Shown: positions 50,725-64,000 of the stretch, one piece after another
How positions within the stretch are numbered: position 1 is the first letter of the stretch
Layout of the letters: each line of letters begins with the position of its first letter
Source of the DNA: Squalus acanthias
Lineage: Eukaryota
Direction: 5' to 3'
NCBI GenBank assembly: GCA_030390025.1
Contig: CM059432.1
Span: 51,834,001 to 51,898,000 of the forward strand
Length of the DNA stretch: 64,000 nucleotides
Notes under the pieces: generated by a model
The model's database searches: none
Seen by the model: the letters and a program-made list of their open reading frames with translations, nothing else
Told to the model about the DNA's origin: nothing
Program-made: the position numbers and the translations under genes

Positions 50725-51351
50725 TGCTTCAGCATGCAGCCAGAAGTTGTGAAGCTTGCTGAATATTTGCTGAGGTGAATGAAGAGTTACAAGTAATATG
50801 CAGACACCCTGCTCAGGTAGATGCAGATGGCTCTTCCCGGGCTATTAATATCCAGGACTTCTTGCTCTGCTTGGGTGAGGGTTAGGATGTTAGATAGTCC
50901 TCCCTTTGGTCCTCTTCCTCATGTTATGTGCTATCTTGTCCTGCAGAAAGAGAGGGTGAGAGTTAGTGAGTGTCTGTTGAAAAGGTGAGTGGAGATGTGC
51001 AGAGCTTGTGCATAAAGCGCATATGCTGAGAGCTGGAGGAGAAGCTCGATGAACGATGATGAGGAGGTGATGAATATAAAGTGTGGAATGTGAAGTGAGG
51101 AAGGAATGCTGGGAGGAGAACCTGGCTGTGCAAGTGCTGGGATGTGAGAAGAGTATGGTGTTAGTGTGTGGTGTGAAGAGGGGAAAGAAGAAGTGAGTGT
51201 GTTTGGAATGAGAAAGAGAAGTGTTCATTTTGCCCTTGTCAGTGTCTGCTGAAAGATGTGATGGAAGGGAAGGAATTGTTGAGAGTGGTAGAGGAGGGGA
51301 TAGAAGGAGTGTTGACAGGTGTTGTTGAGAGAAATGGAGAGGTGAAGTGTG

Positions 51352-51907
51352 TATTTGGCAAATGAACTTCAATATTGATAAGTGTGAGGTAATACATTTT
51401 GGTAGGAAGAATAAGGAGACAACATGTCTAAATGGGGTAGAGGAACAGAGAGATCTGGGGTACAGATACTTAAAATAGCAACACAGGTTAATAAGGCCAT
51501 AAAAAAAGCAAACAAAGCACTGAGGTTCATTTCTAGAGGGATAGAATTGAAAAGCAGTGAAGTTATTTTAAACTTGTATAGAACCTTGGTTAGACCACAC
51601 TTGGAGTACTGTGAACAGTTCCAATCTCCATATTATAAAAAGGATATCGAGGCACTGGAGAAGGCGCAAGAAAGATTTACTAGGTTGATATGAGAACTGC
51701 GAGGTTATACCTATCAGGAAAGATTGAACAGCTGGGGCTCTTTTCTCTAGAAAAGAGAAGACTGAAGGGTGACCTGATAGAGTTCTTCAAGATTATGAAA
51801 GGGATGGATAGAGAAGATGTTTCCACTTGCAGGCAAGACCAGAACTAGGGGCCATAAATATAAGATAGTCACTAATAAATCCAATAGAAAATTTAGGAGA
51901 AACTTCT
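51352..51907 (+). mobile_element. CR1 fragment inserted in a decayed Harbinger Myb-like relic (about 50350-52200)
   Basis: NKAIKKANKALRFISRGIELKS...RPHLEYC. The flanking minus strand reads LQDKIAHN at about 50920-50945. Confidence 0.85.
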
Positions 51908-52204
51908 GGCACTGACCCTCTCAGCCTGCACAGGTATGGGCATCTTCCTGCGGGTGCTATGGAACAGCACATCCTTCCGTGACAACCTCCAGGGTGGCAT
52001 CAGAAAGTCCTCTGATTCATTTCTGGTGCCACAATTGTGACCAGCGCTGTTGAAACAAAATTCAAAGCAGGGAATACAACTTCACTTTAAGAGGTCCATT
52101 CCCACTTTAAAAAGGTCTTAGGAAGCTTGCTGAAAATTGCGCAGATCACGTGGATGGGCTGCCGATTCTCAACATGAATGGGTGGGCAGCCCCTTAATCA
52201 TATT

Positions 52205-52948
52205 GGGCCGAAAATTGATCCCGGGACGCGAGAGTACGCACTGCGTACTCTCGCGTATTCCCACTCCAATTGCCGGTTTTCTGCATGCCCTGCGCATGCG
52301 CTGAAAACCGGCAATTGCTCTTCTGAAAAGGGGGCGGGGCCTGGGTGCATCGCGTGCCCGCTACAGGCTGCGCGCACGCTGTGCACTTCATGCTTTGGAC
52401 GCGCAGGTAAGTAGGGAAGATTTTGGAAATGTAAAAAGGAGGAGTAAGACCCGCTTTTAAGAAGGTAAGTAGTGAATTAAGTATTTTTTTGAATTTTTTT
52501 TTACAGGTATATCTTTTTTATAGACTTTAAAGACAGGTAAGTTTATTTTTATAACTTTTTAAAAGATTTTAAATTTTTTCAAAAATTTAATTTTTTATTT
52601 AAAATGGCTAATTTAATTAACTATACTTATTTTATTAATGTGATGGGGTTTTTTTTAAATTTAATTGAGGTTTAGCTGTTATTTTGGGGGGGTGTAAGAT
52701 TCATAAGTCTCACAGCCATGCTGTGAGACTTATGAATGGAAGATGGTGTGCTGCCATTGGCTCTAACTGAGTCACGTGATCCCACAGCTCGCACAAATTC
52801 ACTACGCCGCTGGGATACGCAAGCCCAGCACAGCTGATGTCTGGAACATCAAGTTCGTGCGAGCTGGATCAGAAAAAGCATAAGCGAGGTGAGACATCGC
52901 GGGGAAGGCTTACCCCCGCGGGAACAGAGCGAGATCAATTTCTGGGCC
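52205..52948 (+). mobile_element. MITE family C with 3-bp TSD
   Basis: TIR gggccgaaaattgatc / gatcaatttctgggcc with TSD ATT. Internal hairpins; paralog at 1-682. Confidence 0.9.
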
Positions 52949-55029
52949 ATTGAAATGACACTTGGGCTTTAAAGTTGCCCGGGTCTTACACTGACACTGG
53001 CCACTCATGGGGGCTTCCCACTCGCCACATTCCCCCCCACGCGCACCCCCCCTCACCCACCCCACCCGCCTGATTCTCACCCCGAGTTAAAATTAGGACT
53101 AAAATGTCTAGGGTCCTGTCATTCATTATGTTAATAACTGAGCTTTAAATATTAATTGAATCAGTTTCATCGCATTTAAAAAGTGCTTGGATATGCATTT
53201 GAAGTGCCGTAACCTACAAGGCTACGGACCAAGAGTTGGAAAGTGGGATTAGGCTGAATAGCTCTTTTTTGGCCGGCGCAGACACAATGGACTGAATGGC
53301 CTCCTTCTGTGCCATAAAATTCTATGATTCTATCATTCTATGACATGTGTAGCAGTATGCATTAAATCATCATGGAACTTGATTCAATCCTTTATATCCT
53401 TCAGAGTAGCGGTGCCATTAATAAAAGTAAAATTCCATTTGAATGATAGTACAGAATAAAACACAATTGGACCTGAAATTTCTCCATGGGATATTAGCTT
53501 AATGCATTCATCTGAAATAGTTGTTTCTGCTATTTTAGTGGAAACTTTAATACATTTTAAATAATCTACAAAAATAACAGAGTGAGAAATTTTAGAGGAA
53601 TGCATTCATACATTAGCATCCCATGGCAAAATGTCAGGGCCTTTGTCTCAGGAATTCAATTCATTTCATATAGACACTTAGGACAGATGAATATTTATCC
53701 TTTTATTTTTCTGATGGGCTGATGTTCCAGAACTACTGAGTAAAAGTGGAAAATCTGACAACAATTCAGTTTATTCTTCCCTCATTAAAAAATGTTATTG
53801 TGCCTTATCCACCTGAGGCTGATTAGTCTTATAATACATTAAAAATGCATAAAAGTGCAAATAAGTTTATTTTTCTAATATAAAAATTATGATTAGGCTG
53901 GCAACTGTAGAAAATAAAATAATTGCAAAACGATTGCAGATGTAATGGAACTCTTTCTACCACAGAACATTTCTGAGGTAAAGCTCCTACAGGGGAGATT
54001 AGAAAATCATATAAAAAACTTAAGAAGACATGGAATAAGAAATGGCCTTTTGGTCCATCAAGCAGAGGCCCCTGTTTGTCTATTCGCTGAAACAGGATTG
54101 AAAGTTATAGGGTAGGAGTTTAAAGAGAAGAGCAAATACTCCATAGAATGGTCATTGCACTGATGGAATATCAGGATATCTGGAATGAGAAAAAGGAATT
54201 TAGCCAATCAAGTGTATTCCTTCAACAATGTAGAAGCTGTCCCATCAATGGCTCTCCCAGAGGAGCTAAATAACCATATGTAAAACTGCTAATACAGAAT
54301 TGAAATTCCTCCTTGACCTGCAACGTCAAAATTTCCAAAATATATATCTAACATTAAAATCTGATCCGATGCATTTGATAAGATTCTCACAAGCCAGCAG
54401 CATAGAAACTATAGCAATTCATGGAGTATTCAATCATCTGTCTATACGTATACTTAAAATATTCAATCCAATTCTTAATGAACTATTTGCTGAGAGTCTA
54501 TTCTATATAATCCACTATTCTCAATCGTAGAATCATATAGCACAGAAGGAGGCCATTCAGCCCATCGTGCCTGTGCCGGCTCTTTGAAAGAGCTATCCTA
54601 TCAGTCCCACTCCTCTGCTTTCCTACATTACAACATTTCAAAAGTACTACAGTGGCAAGAAAGCACTTGGGGATGTCCTGAGTTTGTGAAAGGCGCTGTA
54701 TAAATGCTGGTCTTTCTTTTGTGCTTTCCCCATAGCCCTGCAAATTTCTCCCTTTGAAATATTTATCCAATTCTCAAGTGCACAAAAATCCTTTTTAATC
54801 CACACAAAACTTGCAATCAATAGATAAGTTGGACACAATTACACTTTCAATCCCAATTTCTTAAAAAAAAATACATCTATTTGAAGGACGTGGGGCCTGG
54901 ATCAGACATTTCCTTCCCCCAATTGTGGTGGTAAGTTGTCAACAAAAAAAAACAAAGCAAAAAGCTCGAGATTATTATAAATTTATTTAAAAAAACACCC
55001 AACTTTTATTTAACGTAATTTAACGTAAT

Positions 55030-55370
55030 AAAACAACAACTTGTATTTATATAGCGCCTTTAACGTAGTAGAACGTCCAAGGCGCTTCCCAGGAGTCAAA
55101 CAAATTTTGACACCGAGCCATATAAGGAGATATTAGGGCAGATGCTTGGTCAAAGAGATAGGTTTTAAGGAGCGTCTTAAAGGAGAAGAGAGAGGTAGAG
55201 AGGCGGAGAGGTTTAGGGAGGGAATTCCAGAACTTAGGGCCAGGCAGCTGAAGGCACGGCCGCCAATGGTGAAGTGATTAAAATCGGGGATGTGCAAGAG
55301 GCCAGAATTGGAGGAGCACAGATATCTCAGAGGGTTGGAGGGCTGGAGAAGGTTAGAGATAGGAGGAGCG
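55030..55370 (-). mobile_element. L2 LINE 3' end fragment
   Basis: Near-colinear with 19190-19520 (LRYLCSSNSGLLHIPDF; tail aacaacaacttgtatttatatagcgcc). Confidence 0.8.
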
Positions 55371-55759
55371 ACCAAGGCGCTTCAGGGGGGAAAAACTAAA
55401 ATTTCTGTGCAAAACTAACATTTTCTCATCTCTATTCACACTTAAGACTTGTTGGCCCTGATTTTGACAACTTTGTTTTATAACTTTAATTTAGGCTTCC
55501 TTGTGGACCCAGAGGAACAAGAGTGCTCCTCCCGGCCTCATGAGGAAGCCTTGGGCCACCCTTGTTCCCCCCTCCCATGTCCCCCCACCGTGGTGGCCAA
55601 AAACACCTTCCCCCGATCACTTCCGTTGCCCCCTCACCCCTAGCTGATTGCCAGGGACCATTCCCACAGGTGGGATTTGAACTCATGTCCCTGGATCATT
55701 AGTCCAGGCCTCTGAATTACTAGTCCAATAACATAACCATGATGCTACCGTACCCATTT

Positions 55760-56455
55760 GTGTGCAAGGTGTGAGATGTGGGTATGAGTTTTGCAGCAGT
55801 GCTAAGTGTGTGAGGGTGAGGTGAAGCTATGATTGTGAGGTATGTGATTGCTAGAGATTGTTGGTAGGTGAGTGATGGGGGTGTGGTGCATTTAGCAGTG
55901 TGTGAGGCTAGTAGTGCAGTTTGTGGGATATGACATTTGAAGATGTATTCACTCACCTTGACCACTCGTGTGAGGTCATTAAACTCCTTGTGGAGCTGGA
56001 TCCAGGTCCTGGGGCAACACACGTGGCACTGACGGCTTGTGTTGTCTCCTCCTGCCGTTCTGCCTGGAAGGCCTCCTGCCCCGCTGCGGGTAGAAGACCT
56101 GTCTTCTTCTGTGTATCCCCACGACCAACGCCACCAGTACTGCATCAGAGAAGTGCCTTGCCCTTTTCTCTTCCCTGTTGAGACTTGGCTACATCTAGAG
56201 TGACAATGAGATGCTTCTGCAACAAAGCACTTCCCCTTTAAAAGTGCAGAGAGCTTAGGCCAAATTTTATTGGCCAGTAGGCTGCGTCCGATATTGGCCT
56301 CCCCACCTCTAGAGTGCTGAGCCAACCAGCAACACATTTAGCGCTGAGCTCAGCGCTCCAATCACTATAATGAGCAGGCAGCACGAATTTTGCGTGCTGC
56401 CTGCACCATTTTTAAATGGCTCCCAGCGCCTGTTTTCGGCCCCAATCCAATTTAA
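55760..56455 (-). pseudogene. Decayed Harbinger Myb-like exon 1 and end region
   Basis: PRTWIQLHKEFNDLTRVVK followed by the gtgagt donor, as in the intact gene. Confidence 0.7.
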
Positions 56456-56459
56456 TTAA

Positions 56460-57755
56460 CATGAGTCTAGATAAAGAGAAAATAGTTAGAAATAGCCAGC
56501 ACATATTTCAAAAAGGACCATCATGTTTGACAAACCTCAGTATTTTATGAGGATGTAACAGACATAGTAGAGGGTGGAAATGCAGTGGATGTATTTACAT
56601 GGGCTTTAGGAAAGTCTTTGATGGTGCCAGATGAGAGATTATTAGAGAGGATTAAGGGGTATGGAATTAGCAGGAGGATAGGCAAACTGGATTAAAAACT
56701 GGTTGAAAGAGAGAAAACAGACTGTAGGAGTTCAGGACAGGTTTTTTTTCGAGTGTTTGAAAGTGGGTAGTGGCATCCCATAGGGCTCAGTTTTGGGGAC
56801 ACATCTGTTCACTGCATATATTAATGACTTCGACATAGGCCTAGATGGAGTTTTTTAAAATTTGTTTATGGGATGGGGTGTCGCTGGCAAGGCCAGCATT
56901 TATTATCCATCCCTAGTTGCCCTTGAGAAGGTGGTGGTGAGCTGCCTTCTTGAACCGCTGCAGTCCGTGTGGTGAAGGTACTCCTAGTGCTGTTAGGTAG
57001 GAAGTTCCAGGATTTTGACCCAGCGATGATGAAGGATCAGCAATATACTTCTAAGTCAGGAACTTGGAGGTGGTGGTGTTCCCATGCGTCTGCTGCCCTT
57101 GACCTTCTAGGTGGAAGAGGTCACAGGTTTGGGAGGTGCTGCCGAAGAAGCCTTGGTGATTTGCTGCAGTGCATCTTGTAGATGGTATACACTGCAGCCA
57201 CGGTATGCCAGTGGTGGAGGGAGTTAATGTTTAAGGTGGTGGATGGGGTGCCAATCAAACGGGCTGCTTTGTCCTGGATGGTGTCGAGCTTCTTGAGTGT
57301 TGTTGGAGCTGCACTCATCCAGGCAAGTGGAGAGTATTCCATCACACTCCTTACTTGTGCCTTGAAGATCGTGGAAAGGCTTTGGGGAGTCAGGAGGTGA
57401 GACACTCGCCACAGAATACCTAGCCTCTGACCTGCTCTTGTTGCCACAGTGTTGCCAGAGTGATGTTGAAATATGCAGATGGCAGTACAGTTAATTCTTT
57501 AGAAGACCAAAGGGAGCTGCAATGGGATATTGATATGATAGGGGAATAGACTAAAAAGTGGCAGATGGAATTTAATGTCAGTAAGTGTGAGGTGATACAT
57601 TTTGGTAAAAAAAAATATCAGCAGTAATTATACTCTGAATGGAAGTCGGCTCGGTGCTGTGGAAGAACATGAATTTGGGGGTATGGGTTCACAAGACATT
57701 AAAAGCGGCACCTCAGGTTGATAAGGCCATAAAAAAGACTAAAGGAATTCTAGTG
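56460..57755 (+). mobile_element. Decayed CR1 fragment interrupted by a minus-strand LINE 3' fragment (about 56855-57450)
   Basis: CR1-like remnants on both sides. The inner fragment encodes RAGQRLGILWRV...KAQVRSVMEYSPLAW...IQDKAARLIG; a second piece of that family lies at about 59550-59800. Confidence 0.75.
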
Positions 57756-57769
57756 GCTAAAAATTAAGG

Positions 57770-59940
57770 GGCTTTATGCCCCCCGTTACCGTCAAAAAAT
57801 GGCGATAGCAGGGCTGCCACCGCTCTTTCGCCATCTGGTGGTGGATCCCGCGGTGTCCTCCATTTTCCGAGGCCCAACAGCACTGCCGGTAAGAATGAGG
57901 GAGCGGTGACGTGCACGCAGACTTAACGTCACCACGGCAAACTTGGACCTTTGCGCTGAGCTCAGTGCTGGGTCCTAAACTCGCCAGGTAAACCCAGCGT
58001 GCAAGCAGACTCACAGAGGCACTGTTAGCACCTCTTAAAGGGACACAAACATCTTTCAGGTAAGTTTGCATTTAAGTTTTTAGACTGGGTTTCCTTGATT
58101 TTACTGAAGTAGTGGTTTGCTGCAATAGATGTTAAAAGTTTTTTCAGTGGTTAAGGAGTGCTGCTGGATGCTTGCAAGGCCTCAGATGGTAAAGGAAAGC
58201 CTCTGAGAAGACAGAAAAAGCTGCAAATACTCAGCAGGTCAGGCAACATCTGTGGAGAGAGAAACAGAGTTTACATCTCAGGTCAAGATGCTGCTGACCT
58301 GCTGAGTATTTCCAGCATTTTTTACTGTCATTTCAGATTTACAGCATCCGCTCACAGAGGGAAGAGGAAGATACAGAAAAGGAGGAAGCTGAATTGGAGG
58401 AAGCCAAAGAGGAGGATGTCAAAGGAAGGATGCAACCCAGACAGCCACTTTCTGGCCGGGATATCAGGGATGGAATCATCCGCCTGCGGTACCAGTGACC
58501 ACAACCCCAATTCCCCTTTCAACATTTGTCCCACAACTTACCTTCCCTCTGTTACTGACCATCACAGCGTCCTCTTGGCCACAATGCTGAAATAAAAGCC
58601 ACCACAAAGCAAACTTTCCAATCCAACTTTATACATCTATCCATCCAATATGACATCAAGAAATCAACTCATCACCCTTATGCATTCTCTTAGTGACTGT
58701 CTTGTGTGTACCTTTGCCTATCCTACTGATGTCACGCAGTGCTACCCCAGTGGCTGCAGCAAAGCTGGTGGAAGGCTGCTGATTTCAATGGGATACACTG
58801 CAGATGGCCTTGCTGGTCGACTTTGAGGAGCTGGTGGCTGGGAATGTGAAATCAAGTGATGGTGTTTCTTCTTCTTCTTCTCCTTCTCCTTTTCCCTCCT
58901 CCTTCTCCCTCTCCCTCCTCTACTGGCTGGTCAGGCTGCATTTCTTGGGTGTGTGAAATGAGGAAGGCACAAGGATGGAGTTGTGGTGAGGGGAGGGCAG
59001 GAAAGCAAGAGTTGCATGCCAGAAGGAGGATAACTTATGAGGATACCATCATCTTGTATCCTTTCAGCCCCGCTGCTGGCCAAGGGCTCACCGAATGGCC
59101 GGCACCGTCTCCTCCAAAGAACCTAGGAACAGGAGTAGGCCATTTAGTCCCTCGAGCCTGTTCAGCCATTCAATGAGATCATGGATGATCTGTGAACTAA
59201 CTCCATATACCCACCTTTGGCCCATATCCCTTAATACCTTTGGTTAACAAAAATCTATCAATCTCAGAGGTGAGTCTAGATATGCCTCGTGATTGGTAGA
59301 GATTGTTGGTAGGTGAGTGATTGCGGGAGGGGAGGGGTGAGTCATGCATAGAGCAGTGTGTGAGGCTAATGGTGCAGTTGGTAGGAGACGGCTTTTGAAG
59401 ATGCATTCACTGACCTTGAGGTCTGAGGTCACGAAGCTTCTTTGGGCACTGGAGCCAAGTGGTGGGGGTGACACTGCTGGCAGTGACGAGCTCGGTGATC
59501 TGGTCCCACATTGTTCTTTCTGGAGGGCCTCCTGGCCCCTTTTTTGTATATTCATTCCTGGGATCTGGGCGTCGCTGGCAAGGCCAGCATTTATTGCCCA
59601 TCCCTACTTGCCCTTGAGAAGGTGGTGGTGAGTCGCCTTCTTGAACTGCTGCAGTCCTTGTGGTGAAGGTACTCCCACAGTGTTGTTAAGGAGGGAGTTC
59701 CAGGATTTTGACCCAGCGACGATGAAGGAACGGTGATATATTTCCAAGTCAGACTGGTGTGCAACTTGGAGGGGAACTTGCAGGTGATGGTATTCCCCTG
59801 TGGGTAGAGGACCTCTCTTGCAGTGTTGACTCTCTACACAAAGCTGGAGTGCTGCGTGCGAGGCCCTGGGTGCCCCTTCCCTGGCTTGCTGAGCCATTTG
59901 TGTTAGTGTTGAAGCGGGTTTGGGAAGTGCTGTCGAAGAA
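57770..59940 (+). mobile_element. Second copy of the non-autonomous Harbinger derivative, with later CR1/LINE insertions
   Basis: Colinear with 47900-49550 (cttaaagggacaca...tttcaggtaagt, the captured Penelope fragment and the Myb relic TWLQCPKKLRDL). Confidence 0.75.
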
Positions 59941-61164
59941 TGTATTTTAAAGGCATTGTAGTTGGTTGTTGGTGTTATTGTAGTTTGCATTGAAACGAAG
60001 AAACAGTTGTTAAGAGTTTAAGCAAAACTAACTTAGCTTGGTTTCTAAAGTAAGGGTCTGGAAAAAGCAAATAATACTTCACAGGTCACGATAAGAATGA
60101 ATCATGAGACCTTGGGCGTGCATATTTTTATTAGAAATTTCTTTCTATGCTACAATGGCTGCCAGGGTAACAAACTTGTTTCAGCCTTTGTTACAGTTGC
60201 CTTCAGCTCTACTCTGTTGTCACATCATCTAATGTACAGCAAAACAATAATACATATTTTTAGAATGCAATGGAAAACTGTATTTGTTTAACGAGTTTCT
60301 ACAGAACCCTATGGCATTACTGTCTCATTTATACTTGTGTGGGAAAAGAATGATGGCATCACCAGGTAGTTTCCTTTCATTTTCTTTCCATACAAAGACA
60401 TAAGCCCTGCAATTCCTATGGAAGGCTTTGTGGGAGCAGACCTGGGACAAAGCAGAATATCTGCCTATTCCCCCCCGCCCCACCCCCCACCCCCGCCCCC
60501 ACTTTCCCATTGCCAACATCCCTGATACCGTCAGAAATCCCAGGGTCATGCTATTTTAAATATTTTGGCTGGGCACCAGTATTGTTCCATTACAACTGCG
60601 GTGCCTGTCCTAGTGTGAAAGGAGGAATTTTACTGTGGCTCTGTGATCAATTGCATGTGTTTCTCCCCCACCCGTCCTCCCCTCCATTCTAATAACACTA
60701 AAACCCAGAAATTCACTGGCCTCCCCATATTCTCACCAGCACAGCTCCAGTCCCAAGCTTGGGATGAGGCTCCTGCACTCCCTCCTAGCTACAGATATAC
60801 CCAAATATCTTGACTGTCTTCCTGTAACTGCTCAAGCCCTAACACAAACATGGCTTTCCTGTGCCCTACAAAGACACAGTCGAAGGTGTAGTTTCAGGCA
60901 ACAGCCTGTCTGCTCCCTCACAATCACATAACTCTCCCATTCTTCCCAGCCCAGGCTTCACCTTCCACTCTCTCCCAGTCACTGCCTTCAGCCCCACTAT
61001 ATCCATTAGCTGTATGTGTTACAGCACCTCCCAAACAGAACATTACTGATCGGGCTGTGGATCTCCATCCATCGCGTTGGCAACAGCAAGTTGACAGAGA
61101 TCACATCCCCAGTGATCAACTTCTTTTTAATATGATAAACGTAGGATGATATGAGTTATGTGGT

Positions 61165-61505
61165 ATATTTCCACTTGTGGGGAAGAGCAAAATGAGAGGC
61201 CATCAATATAAGATAGTCACCAAGAAATCAAATAGGGAATTCAGAAGAAACTTCATTACCCAGAGAGTGGTGAGAATGTGGAACTCACCATCACAGGAAG
61301 TATTTGAGGCAAATAGTACAGATGCATTTTAGGGGAAGCTAGATAAGCATATGAGGGAAAAGGGAATAATGGGTTATGCTGATAGACTTAGATGAGGAAG
61401 GCTAGGAGGACACTCGAGTGGAGCATTAACGCTGGCATGGACTGGTTGGGCCGAATAACTTGTTTCAGTGCTGTGTATTCTATGTAATTCTATGTTCTAT
61501 GTAAT
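61165..61505 (+). mobile_element. CR1 3' end fragment
   Basis: Near-identical to 24880-25195. Confidence 0.88.
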
Positions 61506-62527
61506 GGTATCTCTCTATAATCTGCCATTTTGGAATAAATATTCCTTGGGAGTTTTCCCGATTGCCCACCAGAACTTTGGTGGGAAACAGGCGGAACCCC
61601 CAGAGAAATGGTGTAAACAGCCATTCTTATCCATTTCACCAAGGCCTTCACCAGTCTCCTGCTGAAGTTACAGTGTGAGATCATAAGAACTCCATACAGA
61701 ATTGCCAGGCCTTTAGATGTGGTGATATAATTTTGTATACATATACATACCAACATATAATCAGATATCCAGTATTTAATATGAACCATTAGCAATCTAA
61801 AATGACATTAGGGTAAATTGTGTAAGGCTCTGCTCCTGACACAGAGCCTCGCACAATGGGAGCATGAAACAATGTGTCGAGAGCAGGTGTCATTTTGCCC
61901 AATTTGTGGCACTCCTGATTTTTCAGTGATTAAATTCATCCAGTAATATGATATCTTACATTTCCAAATAGCCCTGGTATTCTGACTTGGCTCACATACA
62001 ATTGGGCTTGTGGCGAGATCCAATGGAATAATTTTCAAAAAGTTATAATTTAGTACAGACAATCAAAATGTAATTCTGATTTACAGTTAGTTTATGAGAG
62101 GAACTATACTAAAGCATGCCTCAATCCATTGATTCATGACTTGGTCTGAGTCACAATCTGGTTAAGACGTGGTAAGTGCCAGTCCAGCAAAGGCTATGAC
62201 TGTCATTGCACTGTTTGCGTACTACGATCATGAAGCCTGACTATTTTATCTGTTCAAATTCTATACATTTACTGGTTTGAATCCCTGACGGAACTTATAA
62301 CTCAGCTGCCCTAATTTGAAAAATACTAATGTTTCAATAACATTTGAGATATCATTGATTTCTGTCAAGAAACTAAATTGCTTCAAATAAGAGTGGAAAT
62401 CACTTTCAAAAGTATTTTCTCATTGTCTTGGCTGTGCTCTTAGTGTGTCTTTGATGTAGGGAAAGATTTGAATACATTTTTTCTGTGTCTATATTGTGAA
62501 TTCTGGGAGATTCTCTCACAGCTACTC

Positions 62528-62563
62528 TACCTGAGGAAGGGGCGACAGCTCCGAAAGCTTGTA
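62528..62563 (+). ncRNA. Minimal hammerhead ribozyme motif in a short Penelope-type terminal remnant
   Basis: tac-CTGAGGA-a-ggggc-gaca-gctcc-GAAAGCTT-gta: core, 5-bp stem II, palindromic AAGCTT and 3-bp stem I. Confidence 0.6.
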
Positions 62564-64000
62564 ATTTTAAATAAATCTGTTGGACTATAACCTGGTGTTG
62601 TGCGACTTCTCAAAAGTATTTTCAGCAGTGGTGTATTCCTTAAACAATACATACAGTGTAAACTATTTATTATTATGGCTCCATCCAATCTAATGGTTAT
62701 CTATATTACTCAGTTCCTGTCTCTAACAGGCACTTTTCCCCAGTACTGACCTCAATTTATTCTAATGGAAAAAAACTTGGGATAAGCTCGGTATAAGCCG
62801 TTAAACCTACTTATTAATAATAGCTTTATTAAGGCAAAAGGTTTCTGTTACTGAGGAGTTGGGTTGCCTTAGATGGCCTTAATTTTGTATTTAGTTGTTA
62901 TTAATCCAAGCTCCTCTTGCTTTCTTCAGAACAACCTGATAAATTAACGGATGAATTCCAAGCAGCTGCTTCATTCACGTTAACATATGACTAGACTGGA
63001 AAGCAAGTTGCTAAAAGCTTTGAACTGAATTCAATTTTGTCAACAGATTTCATTTTAAAATGCTAAATACATGCTGCAGTGTATGCGTCACTTCCAGTCT
63101 CTGACAGAGATTAATTATGTTCATTTTACATAATCCATCTCTTGAGGTTTTTGTCTTGCTGTTTATTTTAAATTTCTAATATTGTATTAGTGTTTATTTT
63201 TGAATTAGTAATTTGAATTATTAATTTTAACTATTAGGAGATTGACATTTGCATTGAGTTTTCAAACTGAAAGTGATGACATTCTCCGGAACAAAATCTC
63301 AGAATAGAAAATATTCAATTGAATGAAGACTAATTAAATGCTATTGCCTTGCGTCAATAGTGGCAAAGAGTGAATGAGTAAGATGACTAAAATTATTGTC
63401 GCTCTTAAAAATCCGCCTTCATTTTTGATGTTCACCCATTCGGATCTTATTCGATTAATGATGACTTACATTGGAAACTAAAATAAGACACAACAATACT
63501 GGAGGCTGCTTTTCATGCACCTTGTGATGAAGGATAATGGGTCAAGATTTAAGGTAGCTGCTTCCCTCATTTATAAATCATTTTCACTCACCTCATTAAG
63601 TCCTTCATTTAAAAACACCACACACCATTCGCTCAGCGAGAACAGCCAATGGGTAAGAATGCAACACGTTAACTTGCCTTCTGTTGATTGTTTCCTTCTT
63701 CCTTTCCTCTAAGAAAGTAAGGATTCTGGTGAATCTGTGAACATTTGCGATCGGAGGCTTCCTGCGGGCGGATGCCTCTGACCTGTAAAATATCTACACA
63801 TTTACCTGGTGGCCCGGGAGATCTTGCGATCCTGGGCCTCTCCGGATACGCGCGGGCAAAGGCCTCCGTATCCCAGGGGCGCAGGCGGTTCGCAAGCGCC
63901 CCTGGGATCACGTGGGCCGGCCCAACCAATAAAAGAAGGGAATCCCCATTCCTATTTATGGGAGTTCCGTACGTACGGAAACCCCATAAGTAGGAATGGG

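Overview
Eukaryotic, repeat-dominated vertebrate DNA. The repeat content (HE1/V-SINE, SacSINE1-like Deu-domain SINEs, many CR1, L2, RTE and Penelope copies) suggests a cartilaginous fish; this is an inference. No host protein-coding gene could be recognised. Main contents: (1) a coding-intact PIF/Harbinger transposon from 10181 to about 14040, with a 386-aa DDE transposase and a convergent three-exon, 459-aa Myb/SANT-like partner gene, but no visible right end; (2) five related GC-rich Harbinger MITEs with 3-bp TSDs, other 3-bp-TSD MITE families and many decayed Harbinger relics; (3) a young full-length Ty3/Gypsy element (39337-43803, 194-bp LTRs differing at 3 sites) nested in a Harbinger relic; (4) a decayed Penelope-like element and two minimal hammerhead-ribozyme motifs; (5) CR1, L2, RTE and SINE fragments, and a few repeat-free AT-rich blocks that may be conserved non-coding elements. 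The most striking signal is in the Gypsy element. It has no tRNA-type primer-binding site. Instead, 11 nt just after the 5' LTR are exactly complementary to a segment inside its own LTR, suggesting Tf1-like self-priming in an element with no chromodomain and a YLDN RT motif.
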